This document shows, piece after piece, positions 54,888 through 64,000 of a DNA stretch of 64,000 nt. The stretch's first letter is position 1. Every line of letters starts with the position of its first letter. The notes under the pieces are model-generated. The model saw only the letters and a program-made list of their open reading frames with translations. It searched no databases and was not told the DNA's origin. The stretch covers positions 132,725 to 196,724 of the forward strand of contig CAVPRI010000002.1 of NCBI GenBank assembly GCA_963707835.1. Reading direction: 5' to 3'. The stretch is from an uncultured Acidimicrobiaceae bacterium (lineage in GTDB: Bacteria; Actinomycetota; Acidimicrobiia; Acidimicrobiales; RAAP-2). A program made the position numbers and the translations under genes.

Positions 54888-56285
54888 TTAGAGCGTCCCG
54901 CCCATGACGGCAAGGTCCTCGACGAGCAGCTTGTCGACCGCGGTGAGTTTCTCGTCCCCCTCGTAGGGCTTCAGGTAGCCGCTGCGCGCCGCGAAGCTTT
55001 CGATGAGCTCCTGGGGCACGTCGCCGCCGCCGATGATGTCCTCGATGTCGGGCCCGATCCGCTTGGCGATGGCAGCCAGGCGGTCACGATCGAGCCCGAA
55101 GAAGCGGATTCCGTTCTCCCCGAGCATGGCGCGTGCCTCGTCCTCTGGCACCCCTGCGAAGGCGTCCCGGAGAAACTCTCTAGTTTGAGGCCAGGTGGAC
55201 TCTTGGTGGGGGAAGTCACGCCCGAAGAGGATGGTGTCGACCCCGAGTTCGTGCCGCCGCTCGACCTCGGCCTTGTGGATGAACGACGCGCCGGCCAGGC
55301 AGTTCGACTTCCAGTACTCGCTCGGTCGGCGCCGGGCAGGGATCTGGTCGCGGTTGCGCTCCCAGATCTCGTCGAGGTGGGCAAGCGTGGCCGGAATCCA
55401 GTCGAGGCGGATCTCGGTCAGCTCGAGTTTGAGGTCGGGGTGCCGGTCGAAGACCCCGCCGAGCATCATCTGCCACAGGGGCTGGCGCGAGTCGAGGTTC
55501 TTGTTCAAGAAGTCCGAGAAGAACTGCAGCGACTCGTCGGAAATGGCGTCCGCGTGCTTGAGCATGGCGTCGAGATCGTTGCTGCCCGCCGCGGCCACCA
55601 CGTCGTCGTACATCTTCTCGACCTGAGGGAACGCCGTGCCCACCATGGTGCCGAAACCGGCGTGGACGACCATGGTGAGGTTGCGCTCCGAACACGCCGC
55701 CCAGAACCGGTCCCACGAGGGGTCCGACAGCGGCGGCATCCCGGCGTGCTTGAGGTAGCCCGGGCCGTAGACGCCCAAGAAGTTGTGGTCGGCCATCCAG
55801 TCGAGCTCGGCCAGCTGGGCATCCATGTCGACGCACGGGCCGATGGCCCCGGTGATCAAGAGGCGCTCGGGAGCGAACCCGAAGGCGTCGGCGCAGTAGC
55901 GGTTCCAGGCCTTGGCGCCCGCCTCCCATGCCTCGAGGCCGTAGTCGCGCCCGGTCACGTTGTGGAACATGTCGCCCAGGCGCGAGTCGCCGAGATAGAT
56001 GAGTTCGGCGGCGATGCCCTCACGGTCCATGTCCACCAGGCGCAGCACCGGGTCGTAGAGCCCGTGCCAGTCGTCGCGCTGGGCCGTCTGATGCTCCACG
56101 TTGACCTTCGTACCACCGCCGACCTTGGCCCCGATGCAGTAGATGGCGTTGGGGTAGATCTCGTCGCAGTCGTGATGGAGCTGGTCGAGCAGCCCGTGGA
56201 ACTGCTTGGGCAGGTACTCGGGCCAGAGGTCTTTGGGAACCCCAGCATGCGAATCACACGAGACGATGATCACCTTGTCGCCCAT
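54888..56285 (-). CDS. Metal-dependent amidohydrolase (PF04909-like), paralog 7 (465-aa subtype)
   Basis: MGDKVIIVSCDSHAGVPKDLWPEYLP.. and ..FGRDFPHQESTWPQTREFLRDAFAGVPEDEARAMLGENGIRFFGLDRDRLAAIA. Intact. Confidence 0.9.
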   Translation of the reverse strand: MGDKVIIVSCDSHAGVPKDLWPEYLPKQFHGLLDQLHHDCDEIYPNAIYCIGAKVGGGTKVNVEHQTAQRDDWHGLYDPVLRLVDMDREGIAAELIYLGDSRLGDMFHNVTGRDYGLEAWEAGAKAWNRYCADAFGFAPERLLITGAIGPCVDMDAQLAELDWMADHNFLGVYGPGYLKHAGMPPLSDPSWDRFWAACSERNLTMVVHAGFGTMVGTAFPQVEKMYDDVVAAAGSNDLDAMLKHADAISDESLQFFSDFLNKNLDSRQPLWQMMLGGVFDRHPDLKLELTEIRLDWIPATLAHLDEIWERNRDQIPARRRPSEYWKSNCLAGASFIHKAEVERRHELGVDTILFGRDFPHQESTWPQTREFLRDAFAGVPEDEARAMLGENGIRFFGLDRDRLAAIAKRIGPDIEDIIGGGDVPQELIESFAARSGYLKPYEGDEKLTAVDKLLVEDLAVMGGTL

Positions 56286-56657
56286 GACGTCCTCCTCGAA
56301 TCCTCAAGCCGGGCTTGGCGCCCGTGGTAGCCGCCCCCAAGGGTAGCCGACCGGCTACGACCTCTGCACGGTCGCGTGCCGTCTGACCCAGGCTCCGTCC
56401 TGCTCCTGGAGGTGAGCCGGTGGCCTGTTTCGACGGCGTGACGGCGCTCCGGCAGGTCAACGCGGCGATTTCGGCAACGCGTGGCTCATGTCGCGGGCGC
56501 GCCGCAGACCGCGGTGGATGGCGACGGTTGTGGTGATGATCTGCGAGTTCGAAAGGCCTGGGTGAACGATTGCATCCGCTCCCGTTCGCCGAACAGGTAC
56601 AGCAGCTCCCGGGCGAGAAGCGTTTAGGATCCATCGTGGTCAACGAAGGAGTTCGAG

Positions 56658-57527
56658 ATGTCTGAGCTGAACGTGCGCCCCCTGAGCCCGGCATTCGGTG
56701 CTGAGGTCCAAGGCTTCCTGCCGAGCATGGCGAGGGACTCGAACGCGCTCGCCCGGTTGCGAACGGCCTTCGACGACCGCAGTGTCCTGGTGTTCCGCGA
56801 CTTTGACATCGACGAGGACACGCAGCGCGCCATCGTGTACGGCCTGATCAGCGCGGAGGTACCGGACATCCGCTCGGCATCGGAGAAGACGCCGAGGGTC
56901 GTCTCCAACAAGATGGCGGATGGTGCAGCACCGTACGGACGGCTGTTGTTCCACTGCGACAACATGTGGGCCCGTCGCTTCGAGCCCATACTCTCGCTCT
57001 ACGGCGTGAACGTCGAACCACCTTCGGCGCCCACGACGTTCGTCAGCATGGGCGACGCCTGGGACCGGCTCCCTGAGAATTTGCGCGCCCGGCTCGACGG
57101 GCTCGAGGCTCGTCACGGTTTTGACCACAAGTACCCCAACCGTGGTGGTGACGAGGATGTCATCGACACGTATTACGACGCCTCGCGATCAATGGTGCGT
57201 CCTGTGATTCTGCGCCACCCGCGTACCGGGCGGACCTTGCTGTACGTGTCGCAACAGGCCACGATCGAGATCCTGGGTCTGTCCGAAGACGAGAACGAGG
57301 CACTGCTGGCAGAGCTCTTCGGCTATCTCTACGAGCCGTCGGCCATCGTGGAGCACGAATGGCGGACGGGCGACCTGGTCGTGTGGGACAACATCGCCAC
57401 GCAACACGGCCGAGGCAAGGTGACCCTCGACGGACCCGAGCGAACGCTTCGGAAGGTTGGGGGTCCTTTCAACCTCGATCCGGACGAGATCAACATGCCT
57501 CAGTTCAGCAACGCCGCGAGGAGCTGA
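56658..57527 (+). CDS. TauD/TfdA-family Fe(II)/2-oxoglutarate dioxygenase
   Basis: MSELNVRPLSPAFGAEVQGF..LLFHCDNMW..GDLVVWDNIATQHGR. Confidence 0.85.
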   Translation: MSELNVRPLSPAFGAEVQGFLPSMARDSNALARLRTAFDDRSVLVFRDFDIDEDTQRAIVYGLISAEVPDIRSASEKTPRVVSNKMADGAAPYGRLLFHCDNMWARRFEPILSLYGVNVEPPSAPTTFVSMGDAWDRLPENLRARLDGLEARHGFDHKYPNRGGDEDVIDTYYDASRSMVRPVILRHPRTGRTLLYVSQQATIEILGLSEDENEALLAELFGYLYEPSAIVEHEWRTGDLVVWDNIATQHGRGKVTLDGPERTLRKVGGPFNLDPDEINMPQFSNAARS

Positions 57528-57762
57528 GCAGCCCCAGGGCGTTCGACGGCCAGAAGCTCGTCCCCAGCGGTCCACACGGATCCTGGGAGCTGTTGCGGCG
57601 GCACCGGCAATTGCGGGCTATTTCTGTCTCTCACGCCCTGCCGGGACGGGGCTGTGAGCGACTGCTACTGTGCCAGCCGACTGGGGACCCGATATCCGTC
57701 GGCCGGGGGGCCGGAGGGCTGGAGGGTGGTCTCCGGGTGCGACGCACCAAGGGGGAAGGCGA

Positions 57763-59016
57763 ATGCGGAGTGTTCGATCACTTGTAATGGCGGCCCTGGC
57801 AATGATCGTGGGGTTGCCCGTCCTCGTTGTGGGAGGTCTGGCCACGGAGGCATCGGCGACACCGGCGCCGTTCACGATCGCCTACATCACTTCGGTGACG
57901 GGCGCCGCGGCGACACAGAACACCGGCACAGTGGGTGTGTTCAAGGCAGCCCTGGCTGCCCAGAACGCCAAAGGCGGCGTGAACGGGCACAAGCTCGTAC
58001 CGCTGGTCATCGACGACCAGACCAGCCCCGCTTCTGCGGCGACCGGAACACAGTTGGCGATCTCAAAAGGTGCGATCGGCATCGTCTCAGCATCAGTTTT
58101 CACGGACCAGATCGCCAAGTACCCCCAGCAGGCAGGGGTGCCGGTGACTGGTGACAGTTCGACGGGCACCTCGTGGGGCAAGCAGCCCTACACCAACATG
58201 TTCGGGATTGGTTCATCCGGCAGCGTCGACCCCAAGTACCCGGTGAGCAGCATGTTCGGGAAGCTGATCAAGATGTTCGGTGGCAAACGGCTCGCCGTCT
58301 ATGCGCTCGCCATCTCGCCGAGCTCTATCCAAGCGAACTCCAATGAGACCCAATCGGTGGCCCGCATCGACCCTTCGGCCAAGACGGTGGTCGACGACCG
58401 TTCGGTGGCCTACGGCAGCTCCAACTTCGGCCCCCAGGCGCTGGTCGCCAAGCAGAACAACGTGGACGTCGTATGGTCGAACATGGACGCACTGTCCAAT
58501 ATCGGACTGGCCACTGCCTTGAAGCAGGCCGGGGTCAAGACCAAGGCCACCTTCTTCCCATCGGGGTACGACCCGTCACTCATTAACTCGCCGTCGTGGG
58601 CCAATGTCCAGGGTGACATCTTCCAGGTGGTCTTCCACCCCTTCTACGAGCCCAACGCCGGCACCAAGCAGATGCAGGCCGCTTTGATGAAGTACGACGG
58701 CTGGACCAAGAGCCAGTTCCCGACGTTCTCCCAAAACCAGGCCTGGATGGGGGCACAGCTGATGATGCAGGGGATCCAGGGCGCAGGATCCAACCCCACC
58801 CGGGCCAAGGTCATCAAGTCGCTCCGCAGCATCAAGGCCTACAACGGCAATGGACTCCTGCCCTTCACCATCAACTACTCGACCCAGTTCGGGAAGATGA
58901 GCAACCCCAATTGCGTCTGGCTCACCAAGGCTGCGAAGAACGGCTACGTGCCCATCGGCAAGAACCCGGTGTGTGGGGTCTACATCCCTGGCACTACCTC
59001 GGTGGTGTCCTCGTAG
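57763..59016 (+). CDS. ABC-transporter substrate-binding protein (branched-chain-amino-acid/LivJ-like), orphan
   Basis: From ATG 57763 (AAGGGGGAAGG RBS): signal MRSVRSLVMAALAMIVGLPVLVVGG, then ..FTIAYITSVTGAAA... No permease or ATPase genes are adjacent. Confidence 0.8.
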   Translation: MRSVRSLVMAALAMIVGLPVLVVGGLATEASATPAPFTIAYITSVTGAAATQNTGTVGVFKAALAAQNAKGGVNGHKLVPLVIDDQTSPASAATGTQLAISKGAIGIVSASVFTDQIAKYPQQAGVPVTGDSSTGTSWGKQPYTNMFGIGSSGSVDPKYPVSSMFGKLIKMFGGKRLAVYALAISPSSIQANSNETQSVARIDPSAKTVVDDRSVAYGSSNFGPQALVAKQNNVDVVWSNMDALSNIGLATALKQAGVKTKATFFPSGYDPSLINSPSWANVQGDIFQVVFHPFYEPNAGTKQMQAALMKYDGWTKSQFPTFSQNQAWMGAQLMMQGIQGAGSNPTRAKVIKSLRSIKAYNGNGLLPFTINYSTQFGKMSNPNCVWLTKAAKNGYVPIGKNPVCGVYIPGTTSVVSS

Positions 59017-59139
59017 GGCACAGACATCCGAAGAGCCGGCGCCGATGACCGAGGGGTCCATCGGCGCCGGCTCGGGCTCGACCCAGCAAACTCCCTCTGG
59101 TGGTGCCCGGCTGTAGCGTGCAGTGTCACGAAAAGCCGA

Positions 59140-60300
59140 GTGAATGTGAGGGACGTGAGCATCGAATCGGAGGATGTCGCTGGAGCGCTGGCCGGGGTCC
59201 GGGTGTTGGATCTCGGTCGATTTCCGCCGACCGCGTATTGCACGCAGATGCTGGTGCAGCTGGGTGCCGAGGTGTGCCGGGTCGATGTCCCTGGTTCGGA
59301 CCCTGCCTTGTTCGGGCAGGGGATCGGCCTGAGTGCGGGCAAGCGCTCCCTGGCGCTCGATCAGCGTCATGCACGTGGCCCCGAGGTGCTGCGTCGCCTG
59401 GCCGAATGGGCCGACGTGCTGGTCGAGAACGAGCGTCCCGGCGCCATGGACAAGAGAGGTTTCGGCCCGACCCATGCTGCCACCGAGCTCCCCTCGCTGA
59501 TCTGGTGTTCGATCACCGGATTCGGGCAGGACGGCCCCTACGCTCGCTGGTCGGGACACGATCTCACCTACACCGCGCAATCAGGGCTGCTCGATGGGCT
59601 GCAATCAAACCTGCCGTGGCATCCCGAAATGATGCTCTCGGTCCCGCTGGGAGCCCTCATGGCAACGATCGGGATCACTGCCGCGCTCTTCGATCGCCGG
59701 GCGACGGGCAAAGGCCGTCATCTCGACATCAGCCTGGCGGAGTCGGCGACGTGGCTCCTCACCGGTGCCGAAGGGCTCTTGAACGGCGGCGGATTCCGGA
59801 TACCGGCCTCTCCGGACCGCAGGCTCTACCAGTGCAGCGACTCGAAGTGGGTGAGCGTGGCCGCCGCCGACCGGCGGACCTGGGCCGCGCTGTGCACGGC
59901 GCTCGGACTCGACGACATGGCCGCGGACCTGCCGAATCCCATGCAGCCCGGCGGGTGGCCATCGGTTGTCGAGCGGCTGTCCTCGGTGTTCGCCACTCGG
60001 CCGGCCGCTGAATGGGTCGCGGAGCTGGGTCCGATCGGTGCCGCCGTCGGTCCGGTGAACGGACCCGCCGACCTGGCAACCGATCCTCACGTCCAAGCCC
60101 GCGCCGGCCTCGTTGATGTCGACGGCACGAAGGTGCCGGTGAATCCCGTTCGCACCCGGGGCTCCGAGGGCACGCAGCGGCCGGCGGCGCCCGCGGTGGG
60201 TGCGGACACGCTCGCCGTGTTGCATGCGGCGGGATATTCCGACAGCGAAGCGAGTGCGCTGGTGACCGAGGGTGCCGTCACCAGCGCCGAATCCGCGTGA
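59140..60300 (+). CDS. Family-III CoA-transferase (CaiB/BaiF / alpha-methylacyl-CoA-racemase-like)
   Basis: ..LAGVRVLDLGRFPPTAYCTQMLVQLGAEVCRVD..DVLVENERPG..ITGFGQDGPYA..GHDLTY... Confidence 0.85.
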   Translation: MNVRDVSIESEDVAGALAGVRVLDLGRFPPTAYCTQMLVQLGAEVCRVDVPGSDPALFGQGIGLSAGKRSLALDQRHARGPEVLRRLAEWADVLVENERPGAMDKRGFGPTHAATELPSLIWCSITGFGQDGPYARWSGHDLTYTAQSGLLDGLQSNLPWHPEMMLSVPLGALMATIGITAALFDRRATGKGRHLDISLAESATWLLTGAEGLLNGGGFRIPASPDRRLYQCSDSKWVSVAAADRRTWAALCTALGLDDMAADLPNPMQPGGWPSVVERLSSVFATRPAAEWVAELGPIGAAVGPVNGPADLATDPHVQARAGLVDVDGTKVPVNPVRTRGSEGTQRPAAPAVGADTLAVLHAAGYSDSEASALVTEGAVTSAESA

Positions 60301-60325
60301 CCCGCCGGCTCCCTGACCAGCCGGG

Positions 60326-60361
60326 CCCGCCCCGCAGGTCACCAGCGCCACGCGGGGCGGG
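60326..60361 (+). terminator. GC-rich hairpin CCCGCCCCGC-N16-GCGGGGCGGG followed by TGATCGTTTGTAGTATT
   Basis: A perfect 10-bp stem read directly, 26 nt after the CoA-transferase stop. Confidence 0.4.
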
Positions 60362-60419
60362 TGATCGTTTGTAGTATTCCGCTCAGTCGTACGAGCGAGT
60401 GGGGGACTGAGGAGGCGCC

Positions 60420-61250
60420 ATGGCCACCGTGGACTCGCCGGGGACCACCCCGGCCACGTTGTCCGCGGGCGGTGTTCGGGCTGGCGTCGGCCCGCTCCTC
60501 ATGGTGTCGGAGCTGGCCGACAAGACCGGTGTCTCGATCCAGTCCATTCACCATTACCGGCGTTTCGGTCTCTTGCCCGAGCCCCTGGCGGTGGCGCGCA
60601 ATCGCTTCTACTACGACCAGCGCCACGTCGACGCACTGCACGCCATCCGCTTCCTCCGCGAGAGGGAGAATCTGCCGCTCGCCACAATTCGTGAGCTCCT
60701 GCCCCTCTTGGCCGGGACCAGCACTGACGCTGGGTACGAGCGGGTGGTGCGGGACCTGGCCGAGCACCTGCGGCGTACTGCACCGACCCTGCCGCCGGCC
60801 CGCTTGCTCTCGGTTGCCCGGGAGTCGTTCGCCCGGCACGCGTACGACACCGTCAACGTCGAAGGGCTTTGCTGCGAGGCCGGCGTGGCCAAGGGGTCGT
60901 TCTATCGGTATTTCGCATCGAAAGAGGAGATATTCGTGGCGGCCGCCCGTTCGACGGTGGACGCCGTGGGCGACGGGCTGTCGGGCGCGGAGAGCCTGAC
61001 GGCTGACGAGGCGGTGGATGCGTTGCAGTCGCTGCTGGCTCCGCTCGTGCCGCTGTACCTCGAGGTGCTGGCCCGGGAGATGCGTGGCGAGCAGCGCATG
61101 TCAGGTGTCTTCGCCGGCATCACCGACGGACTGGTCTCCCGAGTCGCCCCCCGACTTCGGTCACGGGGTCAATCGGCCCTCGCCACCGGCCGGCGAGTGG
61201 TCGAGGCGGCACTTCTCGGGCTTGTCCGGCCGCTGGCGGGCGCCTCCTGA
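60420..61250 (+). CDS. Hybrid regulator: MerR-type HTH N-domain fused to a TetR-type HTH and ligand domain
   Basis: LLMVSELADKTGVSIQSIHHYRRFGLLPEP..YYDQRHVDALHAIRFLRERENLPLATIRELL (MerR-like), then LLSVARESFARHAYDTVNVEGLCCEAGVAKGSFYRYFASKEEIF (TetR_N-like). Confidence 0.7.
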   Translation: MATVDSPGTTPATLSAGGVRAGVGPLLMVSELADKTGVSIQSIHHYRRFGLLPEPLAVARNRFYYDQRHVDALHAIRFLRERENLPLATIRELLPLLAGTSTDAGYERVVRDLAEHLRRTAPTLPPARLLSVARESFARHAYDTVNVEGLCCEAGVAKGSFYRYFASKEEIFVAAARSTVDAVGDGLSGAESLTADEAVDALQSLLAPLVPLYLEVLAREMRGEQRMSGVFAGITDGLVSRVAPRLRSRGQSALATGRRVVEAALLGLVRPLAGAS

Positions 61251-61294
61251 CCGAGTCCTGCGCCCCAGCGTCACCGGGCCGGGATGCGAGATAG

Positions 61295-61322
61295 TTGACC
61301 CGAGGGCACGCCCACGTATATC
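61295..61322 (+). promoter_or_regulatory. Sigma-70-like promoter candidate TTGACC-N16-TATATC upstream of hpnC
   Basis: The hexamers were read directly (61295-61300 and 61317-61322). There is no experimental support. Confidence 0.3.
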
Positions 61323-61426
61323 AATGTTGGACGACGAGTCATCGCTGTTATACGAAGGGTCGGTCGCGGTTGGCAACGGGCACAGGAGCGCCGGAGGCGG
61401 GAACCGCCGTTCACGCAGCCGAGGTG

Positions 61427-62248
61427 ATGGTTCAGGCCAGGAGCGAGAACTTCCCCGTGGCCTCCGTCCTCCTGCCCCGCCGCGTGCGCGCCCACCTGCT
61501 GGCCATCTACGGCTTTGCCCGCCTGGCCGACGACATCGGAGACGAGGCCGAGGGTGATCGACTGGCCCAGCTGGACTGGCTGGAGGCCGAGTTGCATCGG
61601 GCGGCGGAGGGACGCGCCGGCCACCCCTTGCTCCAACGCCTGAGTCCGACTCTGATTGATCTCGGGCTCCCGCTGGACCCGTTCGTGGACCTGATCGAGG
61701 CCAACCGGATGGACCAGCGGATCCACTTCTACGAGACCTTCGAGGACCTGCTCGGGTACTGCCGGCTGTCCGCCGCCCCGGTGGGCCGCCTCGTGCTCAT
61801 GGTCTTCGGGGCGGCCACGCCCGAGAGGATCGCGTTGTCCGATGACGTGTGTCATGGGCTCCAGGTGGTCGAGCACCTCCAGGACGTCGCCGAGGATGCC
61901 CGGCGGGGCCGGGTCTATCTTCCCCAGGCCGACCTCAGGCGTTGCGGGGTCGACGTCGATGAGCTCGGCGGGATCAGTGCGAGCCCGGCCCTTCGCCGAT
62001 TGGTGGCGGTCGAGGCCAGCCGGGCTCGTCGGCTGCTCGACTCGGGCCCCGCGCTGGCGGCCACGCTTGCCTGGCGGCCCCGGTTGGCCGTCGGCGCCTT
62101 CACCGCCGGGGGGCAGTCGGCGCTCGATGCCATGGTGGAGAAGCGCTTCGACGTGCTGGGACAGGCCTGCCGACCGGCTCGCGGACGCTTCGCCCTGCGC
62201 CTGCTGGGAGACGTGGCCGCGGCCGCGTCGAGGAGGAAGGCGGCGTGA
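61427..62248 (+). CDS. hpnC: Squalene/phytoene-synthase-family enzyme, HpnC-type (hydroxysqualene synthase)
   Basis: MVQARSENFPVASVLLPRRVRAHLLAIYGFARLADDIGDE..YCRLSAAPVGRL..LQDVAEDARRGRVYLP. Confidence 0.8.
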   Translation: MVQARSENFPVASVLLPRRVRAHLLAIYGFARLADDIGDEAEGDRLAQLDWLEAELHRAAEGRAGHPLLQRLSPTLIDLGLPLDPFVDLIEANRMDQRIHFYETFEDLLGYCRLSAAPVGRLVLMVFGAATPERIALSDDVCHGLQVVEHLQDVAEDARRGRVYLPQADLRRCGVDVDELGGISASPALRRLVAVEASRARRLLDSGPALAATLAWRPRLAVGAFTAGGQSALDAMVEKRFDVLGQACRPARGRFALRLLGDVAAAASRRKAA

Positions 62249-63084
62249 ACCACCAAGAGGCCTATGCCGAGTGCGAAGCCATCACGCGACGGGAGGCCAA
62301 GAACTTCGCGTACGGCATCCGCCTCCTTCGGGCACCCGAGCGCCAAGCTCTCTGTTCGGTCTACGCGTTGGCACGGCGGATCGACGACATCGGTGACAGC
62401 ACCGAGTCGGCCGCCCAACGCCACGTCGGACTGGTCGCGCTGCGCAAGGAGATCGACCCCATCGATCCCGCCGCGCCGGACCCCGTACTGGCCGCGGTGG
62501 CCGAGACCGCCGTGCGTTACGGCCTGCCCATGGAGGCCTTCGGCGAGCTGATCGATGGTTGCGAGATGGACGTGGCCGGCACCACCTACGAGACCATCGA
62601 TGAGCTGGTGGGTTACTGTCGGCGGGTAGCCGGCTCGATCGGCCGGCTCTCGCTCGCCATCTTCGGGAGCACCGACCCGGTCCGTGCCGTACCGCTCGCA
62701 GACGATCTCGGGGTGGCTCTGCAACTGACCAACATCTTGCGCGATGTGCTCGAGGACAGGGCCAACGGCCGCGTCTATCTGCCGGCGGCCGACGCCCACG
62801 CAGTGGGCTGCCCCGTCGACCTCTCGGGTCCGCCGTCGGCTCTCGCCGACCTGGTGGCCTTCGAATGCGTCCGGGCAGAGGAGTGGTTCGACCGGGGACT
62901 CGGCCTTCTCGACCTGCTCGACACCCGGAGCCGGGCCTGCGTGTCTGCCATGGCCGGCATCTACCACCGGCTCCTCCGCCGCATCGCCCGTGACCCCCTG
63001 GCGGTCACCCGCGGCCGTGTCTCCCTGCCCTCGTGGGAGAAGGTGTTCGTGGCCGTGTCGAGCCTGGTCGGAGTGCAGCCGTGA
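62245..63084 (+). CDS. hpnD: Presqualene-diphosphate-synthase HpnD-type enzyme
   Basis: ..CEAITRREAKNFAYGIRLL..YALARRIDDIGD..YCRRVAGSIGRL..TNILRDVLEDRANGRVYLP. The GTG overlaps the hpnC stop (GTGA). Confidence 0.85.
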   Translation: MNHQEAYAECEAITRREAKNFAYGIRLLRAPERQALCSVYALARRIDDIGDSTESAAQRHVGLVALRKEIDPIDPAAPDPVLAAVAETAVRYGLPMEAFGELIDGCEMDVAGTTYETIDELVGYCRRVAGSIGRLSLAIFGSTDPVRAVPLADDLGVALQLTNILRDVLEDRANGRVYLPAADAHAVGCPVDLSGPPSALADLVAFECVRAEEWFDRGLGLLDLLDTRSRACVSAMAGIYHRLLRRIARDPLAVTRGRVSLPSWEKVFVAVSSLVGVQP

Positions 63085-64000
63085 CGCCCCGGGTGATCGT
63101 GGTCGGCGGCGGGCTCGCCGGGATCTCTGCCGCTCTGGACTGCGCCGAGGGCGGACTCGACGTGGTCCTTCTCGAGCGTCGGAGCAAGCTGGGTGGCCTC
63201 ACATGGTCGTTCGAGCGCAAGGGGGTCTGGTTCGACAACGGCCAGCACGTCTTCCTGCGGTGCTGCACGGCCTATCGGGCCTTTCTCAACCGCATCGGCG
63301 GCACCGACCAGGTCCACCTCCAGTCCCGGCTCGACCTGCCCGTGATCGCTCCGGGAGGCCGCCGGTTCACGATCGCCCGCACGGCGGCACCCTCTCCTCT
63401 GCACCTGGCCCGCTCGCTGCTCGGGTATGGGCACATCTCCGTGGGTGACCGCCTGCGGCTGGGACGGGCCCTCCTGCCGCTGCGCAGATTGGACCTGGCG
63501 GATCTTTCCCTCGACGAAGTGGGTTTCGGTTCGTGGCTCAGGGCTCACGGCCAGAGCGCACGAGCAATCGAGAACCTGTGGAACCTGATCGTGCTGCCGA
63601 CGCTCAATGTCAGGGCTGAAGAGGCCTCGTTGTCCCTCGCCGCCATGGTCTTTCGCACCGGGCTGCTCGAGACCAACGACGGTGGTGATCTCGGGTGGTC
63701 GACGGTGCCTCTGGGCGAGCTACACGGCACCAACGGTGCACGTGCTCTGGCGTCAGCGAGCGTGTCGGTCCGCCTCGGGGCGAAGGTGTCCGCCGTGGTG
63801 GCCGACGAGGACGGCTGGGCGGTCGAGTTCGATGACGACGTGCTCCAAGCCGACGTCGTCATCGTCGCCGGTTCCCCGGCAGCGACCGCTTCACTGATTC
63901 CCGAGTTCGCTCCTCTGGTCGACGGGCTCGGCGCATCCCCGATCGTCAACGTCCATCTGCTCCTCGACCGCCAGGTCACCGACCTGCCCCTGGCCGCCGG
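63081..64000 (+). CDS. hpnE: FAD-dependent hydroxysqualene dehydroxylase HpnE-type, partial (runs off the window end)
   Basis: Hand translation from GTG 63081 (GTGA overlap with hpnD) reads VTPRVIVVGGGLAGISAALDCAEGGLDVVLLERRSKLGGLTWSF..DNGQHVFLRCCTAYRAFLNRIGG... The frame stays open to nt 64000 and is not in the ORF track. Confidence 0.8.
   Translation, partial: MTPRVIVVGGGLAGISAALDCAEGGLDVVLLERRSKLGGLTWSFERKGVWFDNGQHVFLRCCTAYRAFLNRIGGTDQVHLQSRLDLPVIAPGGRRFTIARTAAPSPLHLARSLLGYGHISVGDRLRLGRALLPLRRLDLADLSLDEVGFGSWLRAHGQSARAIENLWNLIVLPTLNVRAEEASLSLAAMVFRTGLLETNDGGDLGWSTVPLGELHGTNGARALASASVSVRLGAKVSAVVADEDGWAVEFDDDVLQADVVIVAGSPAATASLIPEFAPLVDGLGASPIVNVHLLLDRQVTDLPLAA

Noticed and set aside
56286-56657. 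A decayed regulator gene in the 372-nt gap between an amidohydrolase and TauD. Minus-strand snippets read LLARELLYLFGERERMQSFTQAF and NSQIITTTVAIHRGLRRARDM.
   Set aside because: The fragments are short, lie in different frames and match no family that I can name. This is not supportable without a search.

Overview
This is a 64-kb high-GC chromosomal segment of Actinomycetota type. Spot counts give about 68 % GC in core genes.

Gene content, left to right:
- Left end: ada/alkA and the pntAA-pntAB-pntB transhydrogenase.
- Most of the window is a TetR-controlled catabolic gene field. It holds 7 full paralogous metal-dependent amidohydrolases (PF04909-like) plus one 32-codon N-terminal remnant. 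It also holds five SDRs, two TauD-type dioxygenases, a KstD-like flavoprotein and a D-aminoacylase. The remainder is hydantoinase A/B preceded by a mini Zn-ribbon ORF, a family-III CoA-transferase and an orphan solute-binding protein.
- gltX is followed by tRNA-Gln(CTG) and tRNA-Glu(CTC).
- Directly 3' of tRNA-Glu lies a lower-GC islet carrying integrase, patatin, excisionase and esterase genes. It ends at a tRNA-Met-like 3' fragment and a 9-bp x6 tandem repeat. Envelope/stress membrane genes and several gene fragments follow it.
- A second lower-GC block (41.2-47.6 kb) starts at a tRNA-Gly-like 3' fragment.
- Right end: a MerR-TetR hybrid regulator and hpnC-hpnD-hpnE.

About 18 single-base frame breaks interrupt conserved genes in the first 39 kb, including gltX and pntAB, and none occur afterwards. 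Assembly indels are the leading explanation.

I saw no rRNA, CRISPR or transposase. All family names come from motif recognition by eye. No searches were run, and starts and frame-break positions are approximate.
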